Source: a virus. Taken from it: DNA of 64,000 nt. Position numbers and translations under genes: made by a program. Position 1 is the stretch's first letter; the number at the start of each line of letters is the position of its first letter. Below the pieces are notes generated by a model. It ran no database searches. It was not told the DNA's origin and worked only from the letters and a program-made list of their open reading frames with translations. Positions 28,627-37,691 of the stretch are shown piece after piece. Location of the stretch: positions 1 through 64,000 of the IMG/VR virus record IMGVR_UViG_3300008113_000084. The stretch is one strand, 5' to 3'.

Positions 28627-29285
28627 GTCGTCGTTTCGTCCACTTCTTGTGAGATTGTGTCAAAAGTCAATCCGTTGGCGTAATGCTCCATGGTGAGCAA
28701 ACACACAAAGGCGCTGTCCGCAGCGTTGTCAAATCCAGCAGTCTCGTAGTTCTCTGGATCAAACTCAGTGCGGAACAGGGTGTTGCAAGCCTTGATCATG
28801 TCAGACTTGTTGGCATTACCTTTCCCAGTCGCTCGGCGCTTGATGGTACCGATGGGAAAGCTGCCGCAGGGTACGTTGTTCTCTTCGGCCCACGTGCAGA
28901 CCGTGGCCTTGAGGGCTCCGAAGAACTCGCAGGACGTGGCGGCTCTGGCCAGAATTGCATGCATGTTGAACTTAGTAAGCTTCTCGGAAGGCGTGTAACG
29001 CACATCTTCAAAAGCCAGCAAGTCTGGTTTCAACGCATGCAGAAACTGCCTAAGCCGAGCGAAACGAATGGCTCCGCTGTCGTAGGGACCTGCTGACAGG
29101 TCCCACTGGCCGATATGCATGTCCAGTTTTTCTGGAACTATCAGCTCGCCTTCGCGAACGTAGCAGTAGCTGTATCCGCAGTTTGTGCCCAAGTCCAAGC
29201 CAAGAACGATATTGGTCTTATCGCTTTTGGTGTTAAGCCCTTCTCTGAAAACCCAAGGATCGCTGGAGATGTTGTACTTGGGCAC
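28623..29285 (-). CDS. ruvC: RuvC-like Holliday junction resolvase
   Basis: LGLDLG, AFE, IKRRATGKGNANKSDM, DNAADS. Confidence 0.85.
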   Translation of the reverse strand: MPKYNISSDPWVFREGLNTKSDKTNIVLGLDLGTNCGYSYCYVREGELIVPEKLDMHIGQWDLSAGPYDSGAIRFARLRQFLHALKPDLLAFEDVRYTPSEKLTKFNMHAILARAATSCEFFGALKATVCTWAEENNVPCGSFPIGTIKRRATGKGNANKSDMIKACNTLFRTEFDPENYETAGFDNAADSAFVCLLTMEHYANGLTFDTISQEVDETTT

Positions 29286-29292
29286 GCTCTAC

Positions 29293-30048
29293 CTAGCTTT
29301 CTGTTGTAGCCAGCTGCTTATATTCTTGAAGCAGATGATGTGTCAGAACGCAGTCGAAGTCAGCTTCGTGGGCCTTCTCCATGCTGAGTCCGTGTTTGTT
29401 AGGTAAGTCGTACTTGACCGCGCAATGTCGGTCAAGCGACCCTTTTACTTTATGCCCGCCCAGGTGGTAAGCCCTGCGAGCAAAGTCCAGCCATGACTCG
29501 TTTTGGTCGATGTCTGGAAATATCTGGACGCTTTTCTCGATGGACAGGGTGTCAAAATAGTCGTCAGGCTTGAAGCGAAACCGCATCTCGCCTCCCGACA
29601 TGTCGCTTATAACCCTGTCCAATATGGGCTGGTCATGACGCAAGCCGTTATGGGCTATAAACCCAAAACCGTTTTTGCGACATTCAGAAAACAGCCTATA
29701 AAACTCAGAAAGAACTTGCTCTGGGTTCTCGCCCTCGGCCATGCGCTCCATGGATACGCTGTAAACGCTGCCCGTGGCGTAACCGTTCTTGAACTCAAAC
29801 TGACGCTTGGTTGTGGCTATCCTGTTTACCAGCCAGCTGTAGTCTTCGCTGGAACAGTTAGCAGCCCAGTTCATAAACCTGGCACCTGTGTCCACCAGCT
29901 TATTTTTCTCGATGATTGCCCAGCCAAGTTGGGCAGGCAAATCAACGTTGACGTTAAGCCCTGTGGTTTCGATGTCAAATACGAGGTAGCTGTCAGGTAA
30001 CGGCCCGAGACGTGTCTGGGCGTACCTGAGCCATTCTCCAGGTTTCAT
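29293..30048 (-). CDS. DEDDh 3'-5' exonuclease (DnaQ-like)
   Basis: VFDIETTG, AHNGLRHD, AHEADFD. Confidence 0.85.
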   Translation of the reverse strand: MKPGEWLRYAQTRLGPLPDSYLVFDIETTGLNVNVDLPAQLGWAIIEKNKLVDTGARFMNWAANCSSEDYSWLVNRIATTKRQFEFKNGYATGSVYSVSMERMAEGENPEQVLSEFYRLFSECRKNGFGFIAHNGLRHDQPILDRVISDMSGGEMRFRFKPDDYFDTLSIEKSVQIFPDIDQNESWLDFARRAYHLGGHKVKGSLDRHCAVKYDLPNKHGLSMEKAHEADFDCVLTHHLLQEYKQLATTES

Positions 30049-30060
30049 TGTTGAAGTCCT

Positions 30061-30558
30061 TTACGCAAAAAGTTTCCACGGCTTAAGCACGTAGTGGTAC
30101 CACCTAAGCCTGGACCTTTTGATAAAAGCTTCTTTAGCCTGCTTGCCTATTTCAACGATCTTGGCGTCGTTATAGGGCGGATCGTTGGAATCGATGTAAA
30201 CATCTCTCACAGCATAAAAGAAAGCGCCTGTGGCTACTTGACCCAGCCTGGTCAGAATCACCGCCTGGTGACTGACGGGCAGGTCAAAAAAGCCACAGGC
30301 CGCTAGTGCATCCTCAGGGCGCTTGTATTCCTTGCCGCCCTGAGCCAAACATTCTTTGAAGTAGTTGGCGTAGCGTTGAATGAGCTCACCAAGGTCGCGG
30401 TCGTTGATGTTGAACTCTTGGATAAGGAATGCCGTAATAGGCTCTCCCTTTTCCTTCTCAAAAGCAACCAGAGCAGCCTGCATAAGATTAGGCCAAGCGT
30501 AAGCTATGTCTCTGCTCGGGTTGTATCTGCGTGTGTCAACGTGCCCCTTGATGTTCAT
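30061..30558 (-). CDS. Hypothetical protein
   Basis: Start refined to MNIKG at 30558. Confidence 0.7.
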   Translation of the reverse strand: MNIKGHVDTRRYNPSRDIAYAWPNLMQAALVAFEKEKGEPITAFLIQEFNINDRDLGELIQRYANYFKECLAQGGKEYKRPEDALAACGFFDLPVSHQAVILTRLGQVATGAFFYAVRDVYIDSNDPPYNDAKIVEIGKQAKEAFIKRSRLRWYHYVLKPWKLFA

Positions 30559-30571
30559 TACCACGGCAAAC

Positions 30572-31276
30572 CTAGCCTTTCTCTCCGTCACTATTGTATC
30601 CGTGCAGCTCGCGCCACAAAGACATAGTAACAGGGAAATGCTGTTCTGCAAGCTTAAGCATAGCTTTAGCGTACTGCCTTATCTCAAACTGGGCGTCTGA
30701 GCTAAGTCGTAGGTCTAAGAAATGCATCAGAGAACGCAGGTTGCATGTGGCCCACATTGAGCTGTACATGCCTACTGGCAATACAACTCTGGCTAACTCC
30801 CTGGCAACACCGTTCTCTATCAGTTTCCTGTAGGCTCCAGCAGAAGCTGAATAAGTGGCCAGAACAGCCAGAGTCAAAGACTCATCGACGAACGATTCAC
30901 CAGAAGCCTGTCGGTTGGACTTAGACTGCCTGCGCATCCGAACGGGCAGGTAGAACTCAAGCTCGATGTCCTTGCCACCCTCCAAGTAGCGCATCGACCA
31001 TTCGTTGTAGCTCCAGCCGACCCTGTGACGGTGCCATTCGCGAAACACGAACAGTGGAGCCTTGACCTCGAACACAAGCTGGTTGTGCTCGAAGGGGGTC
31101 TCGTGCTTGTGCTCGATGAGAAAGCGCATCAGCTTCTCATCGCGCTCCGTCATGGCATCTACCTTTTTGGCTCGGCTGACGCGAGCGGAGTTGACGACAT
31201 CGATGTCGGCCCCAGATACCCGCTCAAGCCTGACCAGGGATCGCTCGTCATTCAGCGGGTCGATTTCCGTCAGCAT
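30572..31276 (-). CDS. thyX: FAD-dependent thymidylate synthase
   Basis: HETPFEH, RHRVGWSYNEWSMRY, RELARVVLP, AQFEIR; start refined to MLTEID at 31276. Confidence 0.95.
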   Translation of the reverse strand: MLTEIDPLNDERSLVRLERVSGADIDVVNSARVSRAKKVDAMTERDEKLMRFLIEHKHETPFEHNQLVFEVKAPLFVFREWHRHRVGWSYNEWSMRYLEGGKDIELEFYLPVRMRRQSKSNRQASGESFVDESLTLAVLATYSASAGAYRKLIENGVARELARVVLPVGMYSSMWATCNLRSLMHFLDLRLSSDAQFEIRQYAKAMLKLAEQHFPVTMSLWRELHGYNSDGEKG

Positions 31277-32165
31277 TCTCGGTAAAGCTCCTGAAAAGAT
31301 ATGCGCCAGTCGTATCCTCGTGCCGCTGGCAATTGACGCACTTGTCAACGGCATAACCCACGGACAAGGGATCGAACACCGATTCCTTGCCGCAGTATTG
31401 ACAGAAATCGCTCTCAAAGTCTTTGACGTGAACAGAGGCCAGGCAGGATTCCGTGCCGCGCCAGCAGCGAAAGCACGGAAGCTGCTCGGCTGTCTTGTCC
31501 AGCGGGCAGTTGAAGTTCCACTTCTGCATCGAGGTGGTGACGCAGACCTCCTTGAAGCTGGGCTTGTTGTCCCTGGCCAGGTCGGGCGTGCAGAGAGCGC
31601 CAAAGCGCATTCCGAACAGCTCGCGCTCGTCGCGAAACGGCATGTTCTTGAACGGCGGCGTGAACCCCAGGTCAGCGGCCATGTAGCGCAGGTGCTTCAG
31701 GGACATGAACTTGTCGATGGTGATGCCTGCGGCGTGGCCACATAAAATGAAGCAAGTCAGAATACAGCCACGCTGCCTCTTGTCTTTGGACTTGGCGTTG
31801 CGCAGGTAAGGTCGGCAGTAGGTGACCTGCACGGCGCACCAGCCAGCCTTGCGCACGGAGATGTCCTGCGTGATAATCTCGCCTCGTCGCAGCATCTCGG
31901 TGTTGCCAGCCAACCGCCAGGCCGTCTCGCTGAGAACCTGCTCGGTGAGAGGCCTGCCGAACAGGTGAGCCATAGAGTCCTGTATCTTGACCATGGATAG
32001 GTCTTGCGGTAGCACCTCCAGCGACCGCTTCATCAAAGACTTGAGCTGATCCTTGTCGAGGGTCAGACCGACGTAATCCCGAAAAGTCTGTTTTAGCTTG
32101 GTGACACGAGTCTTAGTCTCCGATATATCAAAATACTTTTTTATTTCAGTAGTTTGATCTTCCAT
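31248..32165 (-). CDS. Hypothetical protein with C-terminal Zn-finger motifs
   Basis: CFRC, CQYC, CVNC. Confidence 0.7.
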   Translation of the reverse strand: MEDQTTEIKKYFDISETKTRVTKLKQTFRDYVGLTLDKDQLKSLMKRSLEVLPQDLSMVKIQDSMAHLFGRPLTEQVLSETAWRLAGNTEMLRRGEIITQDISVRKAGWCAVQVTYCRPYLRNAKSKDKRQRGCILTCFILCGHAAGITIDKFMSLKHLRYMAADLGFTPPFKNMPFRDERELFGMRFGALCTPDLARDNKPSFKEVCVTTSMQKWNFNCPLDKTAEQLPCFRCWRGTESCLASVHVKDFESDFCQYCGKESVFDPLSVGYAVDKCVNCQRHEDTTGAYLFRSFTENADGNRPAE

Positions 32166-32167
32166 GG

Positions 32168-32866
32168 TTACAACCTACCTATCGGTTTGGCTGTCTTGCT
32201 GGCTCCCCTGCGCTCGGCAGCGGACTCTTTGCCTTCAGAGTTGGCATTGATCGCAACGCCTTCCCTGAAATGCTTGAGGCGCAAGCCGTGTTGATGCAGC
32301 AGAACGCCCAGAGCCACATCTCCACCGCAGTGCTGTAGCTCTGGTATGGGCCAGCCAAATGTGTTCAGGACCTGTGTCTTTATACACCACCAGCCGCCTG
32401 TAGCGAACTGCGGCCTGTCTGGAATAGTTTTGCCTGTGTACCAAGGCTGTTTTACACACCACTGCTTCTGCGACGGCGTGTAACCTATCGTGTAAACAGA
32501 ACCCAGCATATCGCATGAAGACATGGCTTTTTCTACAGAGTCAAGCCAGTCAGAAAGGTTGTCAGCCTTGACGTATGAGTCATCGTCGAACCACATAACG
32601 TAGTCCGTGCTGACAGGTTTGTCGTAGAAAAGCCTGCGCATCATTGGATACTTGAGTATCTGAGGATCGGCTGAGATAATCTCGGCTTCAGACGGGGCGC
32701 TATCCGCCACGTAGTCGCGAGTCTCCTGAGAAACCTCGTTCATGCCTATGCGCAGGTCCACCCGACCGGACCCGCAGAGCTCGAAAACAGGCTCGAGACA
32801 TCTGCGGGCCAGGTCTGGGTAGTTTCCGTAGAGAAGCACACAGACAGTGAATTTTCTGTCTGACAT
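32168..32866 (-). CDS. GT2-like glycosyltransferase
   Basis: VCVLLYG, VMWFDDDS, GGWW, GGD. Confidence 0.75.
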   Translation of the reverse strand: MSDRKFTVCVLLYGNYPDLARRCLEPVFELCGSGRVDLRIGMNEVSQETRDYVADSAPSEAEIISADPQILKYPMMRRLFYDKPVSTDYVMWFDDDSYVKADNLSDWLDSVEKAMSSCDMLGSVYTIGYTPSQKQWCVKQPWYTGKTIPDRPQFATGGWWCIKTQVLNTFGWPIPELQHCGGDVALGVLLHQHGLRLKHFREGVAINANSEGKESAAERRGASKTAKPIGRL

Positions 32867-32874
32867 AGCTTCTC

Positions 32875-33786
32875 CTACTTGGCGCGCTTCTCGGAAGTCA
32901 GGCGGTTTTGTATCGCCTGGACCTGGTCCAGGTACTCACCCACCTGCCCCTTCAAGGACTCCAGCACCTCGACAGAAGACTCGAAACCCTTGAAGACTTC
33001 CTTCTCGCAGCTGCTACCGTGAATCTCAGCTGTGGCGATGGTGAGGTCACCTACAAGCTCGACCAGCTTATCGCCAAACTTGGCGGCAGCTGTCACCAGC
33101 TTGCGCAGCACCACCTTGGGTCCGTCAGTGGACACCCAATCGTCGCCGCCGTCGGTGGCGTGCTCCTCGGGCAGCTCCTCAGACTCCTCCTCGGAATAGT
33201 CCTCGTTGGTTTCGTGCGCTGGCTGGGACATCTCGACGGGACCGGTGGCAGTCGGAAGTGCGGCATCGGCCCCGTCGGAAAACTCAGGCAGAACCTCGTC
33301 ATCATCGACGGTGATGCGCTTGCTCTTCAGCAGGTCGTGCAGGGCGCGAACAGACAGCTTGTTCTCCAGCGCCTGGCCGATCAGCTCCTCACGCAACGCC
33401 TCGTCGTTGACATGGACGAGGCAGTTGAAGTGAGACCAGGACAGGTCGAAGTTGCTGTTGTCAAAACTGTCCAACAGGTCCTGGAACTTGTCATTGTCCT
33501 GGTAGATTTCATAGAACGTGGCCAGCTTGTAGGCGTATGATCGGCTCACTCCCAGGCTGTCGGCCAGAATCTCGACAGGATTTTGGCCGTAGTCCACGGC
33601 TGTCTTACCGTCAAGACTTCGGCCGTTCTTGACGCGATTGATGACCTTGCCACGGTCACGGTGAAAGCGAAGGTTGCGACGCAACATGATGCTGCGCTCA
33701 GCCAGCTCCTGCTCGTAAACCTTGAAAAGGTTCTCGTTCATCGCAACGGGCTTGGTTTCTTTGACGACTACTGCGGTATCACTCAT
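32875..33786 (-). CDS. DNA-binding protein with DUF1016-N/YhcG-N-like helical domain
   Basis: HTH-like LADSLGVSRSYAYK followed by LSWSHF...A..NKLSVRAL. Confidence 0.55.
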   Translation of the reverse strand: MSDTAVVVKETKPVAMNENLFKVYEQELAERSIMLRRNLRFHRDRGKVINRVKNGRSLDGKTAVDYGQNPVEILADSLGVSRSYAYKLATFYEIYQDNDKFQDLLDSFDNSNFDLSWSHFNCLVHVNDEALREELIGQALENKLSVRALHDLLKSKRITVDDDEVLPEFSDGADAALPTATGPVEMSQPAHETNEDYSEEESEELPEEHATDGGDDWVSTDGPKVVLRKLVTAAAKFGDKLVELVGDLTIATAEIHGSSCEKEVFKGFESSVEVLESLKGQVGEYLDQVQAIQNRLTSEKRAK

Positions 33787-34921
33787 GATGGAGCTTCAAC
33801 TTTCCTGACAACAACTTGAATGCAACCTGCTCTATGTTGTCTTGAGCAGGTCTATCGTAAATAGGGTTGGCGCTTTCCGCTAGTAGAGCTACGAACAGGT
33901 CCAAGTGATTTTTCTTGGGCCAACTTTCGTAGCTACTGCTAGCTAGACTTGATATCGAATGCTTGGACGCGCCAGACATAAGCAAGGAAGTGATGACCTT
34001 GTCAGCCACTTTCGGTTTAAGTTTGGCACGGCACAGTTTCTTTACAAGTTTTGACTTTGTCAACTTGTCTTTTTTAAACTCACCGACAAAGCCCAGTCTT
34101 AAGGCCTGCATGCTCTCAAGAAGCGTGACGACCCTATAGCCTTCAAACTGTTTCATGCTGTTACAGCAGGCCGTAAACATCGCATTCATTCTAAGGCCAA
34201 AGTCGTCTATACCCTTCTCGAATCGAATGGGTGGACCTAAGGCTGAACCCAACGAGTCAAAGCTTATGCAGATTTGAAATGAAATATGCTTGGCCGCATA
34301 TTCACTGTGCGTAAACACAAACCCAGTCTTAAAACCCAATCTGTCCAAGCTGTAAAACTTGTTTGAGTTTGTAGGCATTACCTGAACAAACAGCTTTCTG
34401 CCTGACAACTTTGCCTGCGACGCCTCTAGTAAGGTATCGCATCGTTTATTCTCCTTTAGCATTTTGGCTAGCGAGGAGTATGCGTCACAAAGAGGTATAC
34501 GACTATGCTGTTGAGATAACAAAGTCTCAATAACATTTGTCCTTATATTCTTTATGACTTGCTTGCGTTCTAATCCCTGGCTGAAGCGCCTATTAGCGAC
34601 CATGTTGTAAACAGACACGGCATCGATGTTGGAGTAAATAATCTTGTCAGACTTTTTACTGAAACTCCTGCCGCACAGATCAGCCACAACCTTGTAGAAC
34701 CCAGATGACATGGCGTTGCAGAATTGCCGTAGCGCCAACCAGGTCAGCCTGGAGACGCCGCTTATAGTCGTGAAGTTGTTGCTCAGCAAAACTTGCTGAG
34801 TTGTATCCAGAACAAAAACAGACGTGTTTTTCTCCAAATCGTTCAAAACGTCCATCAAGCTGTTTAGCTTGGCTTTGTCAAAAACGGCTTCTGGAAGCTC
34901 TACGGCAATCTGCTTGTCCAT
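33779..34921 (-). CDS. Hypothetical protein (AT-rich)
   Basis: 380-aa ORF tiling the operon. Confidence 0.7.
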   Translation of the reverse strand: MDKQIAVELPEAVFDKAKLNSLMDVLNDLEKNTSVFVLDTTQQVLLSNNFTTISGVSRLTWLALRQFCNAMSSGFYKVVADLCGRSFSKKSDKIIYSNIDAVSVYNMVANRRFSQGLERKQVIKNIRTNVIETLLSQQHSRIPLCDAYSSLAKMLKENKRCDTLLEASQAKLSGRKLFVQVMPTNSNKFYSLDRLGFKTGFVFTHSEYAAKHISFQICISFDSLGSALGPPIRFEKGIDDFGLRMNAMFTACCNSMKQFEGYRVVTLLESMQALRLGFVGEFKKDKLTKSKLVKKLCRAKLKPKVADKVITSLLMSGASKHSISSLASSSYESWPKKNHLDLFVALLAESANPIYDRPAQDNIEQVAFKLLSGKLKLHHE

Positions 34922-34924
34922 CGG

Positions 34925-35470
34925 TCACCCTGGTAGTTGCCAAGACAGCGTCTTCAATAACTGAGACAGAGGCTCGATTATAAATCTTTCCTCAGAGCTG
35001 GGCATCTTTCGTGTAATCCAGATACCGTCTGCGTTAGCCAGGTACGACGGAGTGTACTGGTGAATGCAGCAGATACCAAAAGACGGCCACGTGAAGACGC
35101 AGCCCGTGCTGCGCTCCTCATCCTCTGGCTTGGAGTCGTGGACCTCCTCCCAAGCCTTGTAGCACGGAGTCATCGTGAAGCGCTTCAGCAGCGTACCGAA
35201 GACGTCGCGCTGCCATTCGACGCGCCTGGTGCCGAGCCAAATTGGAAAGCTCGGATACCGGTTGACGAACCAGCTCAAGTTGACGGCGTTGACGCCCGTG
35301 TCCTCACGGCACTCGGCGAGCATGCCTTTGAAAGTCTGCGAAGCGTCAGCAGCCTTGAGAATGGCTTTGACGATCTTCTCCTCGCTGGTAAACGCATGGC
35401 TGTCGTCAGTCTCGGCTCTGAAGAAGTCATCAGTCATCGAGCTTGACTCCGCCAGTTGCTGTTTCTTCAC
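34925..35470 (-). CDS. Hypothetical protein
   Basis: 181-aa ORF; start uncertain. Confidence 0.65.
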   Translation of the reverse strand: MKKQQLAESSSMTDDFFRAETDDSHAFTSEEKIVKAILKAADASQTFKGMLAECREDTGVNAVNLSWFVNRYPSFPIWLGTRRVEWQRDVFGTLLKRFTMTPCYKAWEEVHDSKPEDEERSTGCVFTWPSFGICCIHQYTPSYLANADGIWITRKMPSSEERFIIEPLSQLLKTLSWQLPG

Positions 35471-35774
35471 AAACCTTATCTATCAGCATGCGCATAACAC
35501 TGCCTTCAAGAAACTGGTCAGCCCAAATCTTCTCAAGCTGATCGCGACTAAACCGCTTGGCTAGCAAAACCTTGAAACTGTAACCCGACCAGGCCATCAC
35601 CACGTCAAATCCGTTAGAGCGCTGCATGGGCACTACTGCCAGAACGTAGGCCTTTTCAGACCCGCTGTCTGACGAGTAACGCAGCGTGCAGCTGATGTGC
35701 GTCGTCCTGTCTGTCGGGCTGTTAACGGGGAAGGCCTTGGAGATGCGGCGGTCGGCGCGATTGATCTTAGACAT
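35430..35774 (-). CDS. Hypothetical protein
   Basis: GGAG SD; tiles the operon. Confidence 0.6.
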   Translation of the reverse strand: MSKINRADRRISKAFPVNSPTDRTTHISCTLRYSSDSGSEKAYVLAVVPMQRSNGFDVVMAWSGYSFKVLLAKRFSRDQLEKIWADQFLEGSVMRMLIDKVCEETATGGVKLDD

Positions 35775-36099
35775 GACTTACTCCACTCTTCTTGTGACAG
35801 GCACATTCGCAACGACGGGCTTTGCCGTCTGCGTCCAAACCAAAAGTAAACGAGGACCCACCGCAGTACACGCAGCCAGCTGAGTGGTGGCGAAGCATGT
35901 ACTCCAGACGCAGGACCTCAATTGACAGCTTTTCTACCTTGTCGTTAGCCTCGGCTAACTTGTGTTGTAGGTTTTCGTTTTCAAGCATTAGCAAATCCTT
36001 TGAGTCTTTTAGCTCTACCCAGCTTTTATTGCAAGCTGTGAACATTGTTTTGAAGGCAGACTCAGAAGCTTCCATTTTCGATTTGCGGCAATCACTCAC
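35767..36099 (-). CDS. Coiled-coil plus Zn-ribbon small protein
   Basis: CVYC...CECAC. Confidence 0.6.
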   Translation of the reverse strand: MSDCRKSKMEASESAFKTMFTACNKSWVELKDSKDLLMLENENLQHKLAEANDKVEKLSIEVLRLEYMLRHHSAGCVYCGGSSFTFGLDADGKARRCECACHKKSGVSHV

Positions 36100-36350
36100 C
36101 GCTCCTTCTTAAACCAATACTTTCCACAACCGTTGCATCGGTCTAGACCACCAACGTCATCGTCTTCAAAGACGTCCTCTGTCCCGCAATAAGGACAGGT
36201 TCCGCCAAACTGAGCGCCGCTTTGCTCTGAAATAGCCTCTTGCTCAGAAATCGTTTTGCCGATGGCTTTTAGAATAGTGCTTAAGGCATTTACCTGCTCT
36301 TTTAAATTTTGGTTTTCTTGTTCTAATTGAGCTATACGTTCATCGGACAT
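36096..36350 (-). CDS. Coiled-coil plus Zn-ribbon small protein
   Basis: CPYC...CNGC; GGAG SD. Confidence 0.65.
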   Translation of the reverse strand: MSDERIAQLEQENQNLKEQVNALSTILKAIGKTISEQEAISEQSGAQFGGTCPYCGTEDVFEDDDVGGLDRCNGCGKYWFKKER

Positions 36351-36398
36351 GTTGTTACTCCGTGTTATTTAAACATGCATAGCTCTTTGAATAGCCTG

Positions 36399-36599
36399 TC
36401 AAAGTGTATCCTCTAGCTTTCTAGCCGTTACGGGCTTTCCCTCAGCTATTTCAAGAATAGCTTTTCTGATCGCTTCGACTTCCTCGCTGTACAGCGGATC
36501 GTCCGAAGACCGCTCTAAACCTTTGGCCAGGGCGATAAGGTCATGCCTGTCAGCCTCTGAGACTTTGGGTTTAAGCCAATCCGCCAGCCTAATGTTCAT
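36399..36599 (-). CDS. Hypothetical protein
   Basis: Start refined to MNIRL. Confidence 0.55.
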   Translation of the reverse strand: MNIRLADWLKPKVSEADRHDLIALAKGLERSSDDPLYSEEVEAIRKAILEIAEGKPVTARKLEDTL

Positions 36600-36609
36600 A
36601 CGATGGACG

Positions 36610-36798
36610 TCATAAACAATAAGCGGTATGACGCCTAAGAAGCTTCCAACCTGCCTTCTCCAGAAGTTTGACGATCCGGTCGTGCCTATCCCAGTATTGC
36701 TGCCTGGGACCATAATAAACCCCTTCTTCCTTGTTGTCCTTGAGCAGGCTCAGGACGTGGGCCGCTTCCACCAAGGTAAAGGTTACCGTTATTTTCAT
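36610..36798 (-). CDS. Hypothetical protein
   Basis: AAGGA SD before MKITV. Confidence 0.55.
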   Translation of the reverse strand: MKITVTFTLVEAAHVLSLLKDNKEEGVYYGPRQQYWDRHDRIVKLLEKAGWKLLRRHTAYCL

Positions 36799-36864
36799 GG
36801 CTTTCCTTAAAGCTGAGCGGCCAAAATTACCAAACAATCACGTAAGTGCTTTAGCCTCAACAGC

Positions 36865-36893
36865 TTGCTTGTTTAAACGCAAAGCGATAAACT
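36865..36893 (+). promoter_or_regulatory. Sigma70-type promoter, antisense to the operon
   Basis: TTGCTT-17 nt-TAAACT. Confidence 0.55.
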
Positions 36894-36899
36894 GCTCGT

Positions 36900-36957
36900 G
36901 GGAATGGGGAACCCGTTCGGAGCAGGGGTGCAGCGCAAGCCACACCCCTGCTTTTAT
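36900..36957 (+). ncRNA. Candidate ~57-nt two-hairpin small RNA
   Basis: Promoter upstream; GAATGGG/CCCGTTC hairpin; AGCAGGGGTG..GCAA..CACCCCTGCT terminator followed by a T run. Confidence 0.5.
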
Positions 36958-37008
36958 CCCTGTTACAAAACCTCGGTACTTATTGACAAGTACATACTTT
37001 TTGTACGA

Positions 37009-37317
37009 CTAGACATTAAACCTGGCCTGGCAGTCCAGGCAGTCAAAGGTGTTCTCGTAAACTGTGCTTTCAGAGATGTGCTCAGAGCCGCACACCTTAC
37101 AGGTACCGTCGTATGGCGGTGCTTCATCCTCGGTCAGGTCAATGTCTGGGTAGGCCAAGTAAGGCTCCTTAACAGATACCTCTGATATATCGACTGTCTC
37201 TCCAGCCTCGTTTTCCCATATGAGGTCGTCTCCTACGACAAACTGCTGAGACAGCCAGGATCGTGTATGTGGGTCGTAAACCTGGCGCATATAGCCGTGT
37301 GTAATCTTGTGCAGCAT
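37009..37317 (-). CDS. Zn-ribbon hypothetical protein
   Basis: CKVC...CLDC. Confidence 0.65.
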   Translation of the reverse strand: MLHKITHGYMRQVYDPHTRSWLSQQFVVGDDLIWENEAGETVDISEVSVKEPYLAYPDIDLTEDEAPPYDGTCKVCGSEHISESTVYENTFDCLDCQARFNV

Positions 37318-37319
37318 TT

Positions 37320-37604
37320 TTACTTCCTAAAAGGATAAGCCCATCCAGTTCCCTCGTAGCGCATGTCGGCAATACCTCGCCTGTTTATGCGCCCTGGCTT
37401 GCGCATACGCATTCGCTGCCTAGCCTCTTCGCTTCTGACGCGTCTATAGTTTTCTTTGGTTTGCTGGACATCTTCGTCGTCTTCGGCCTCTTCCACCACT
37501 ATTTTTTCTGCTGGAGTAGGCTCGTACTTTTTGATTACCTTCTCGTAAACTTTGGTATGCCACTTACCAATAATGAACAAAGTGTCGCTGTAGTCTGTTG
37601 GCAT
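37320..37604 (-). CDS. Hypothetical protein
   Basis: AGGAG SD. Confidence 0.65.
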   Translation of the reverse strand: MPTDYSDTLFIIGKWHTKVYEKVIKKYEPTPAEKIVVEEAEDDEDVQQTKENYRRVRSEEARQRMRMRKPGRINRRGIADMRYEGTGWAYPFRK

Positions 37605-37640
37605 GGCTTCTCCTGGTCAGAAAAACCAGAGGTGAATGAA

Positions 37641-37675
37641 GAAACGCTGTAACGCCAGAAGCGCTACAGCGTTTC
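37641..37675 (-). terminator. Terminator-like hairpin after recA
   Basis: GAAACGCTGTA/TACAGCGTTTC stem. Confidence 0.65.
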
Positions 37676-37691
37676 AAGTCAGCCAGCGTTG

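Noticed and set aside
30572-31603. N-terminally extended ThyX (343 aa in the ORF track)
   Set aside because: The extension overlaps the upstream gene in another frame; ATG at 31276 gives a normal-sized ThyX.
36838-37008. TAG readthrough extension of ORF 37009..37317
   Set aside because: The open stretch has no protein-like features and is better explained by the hairpins and antisense promoter-terminator unit.
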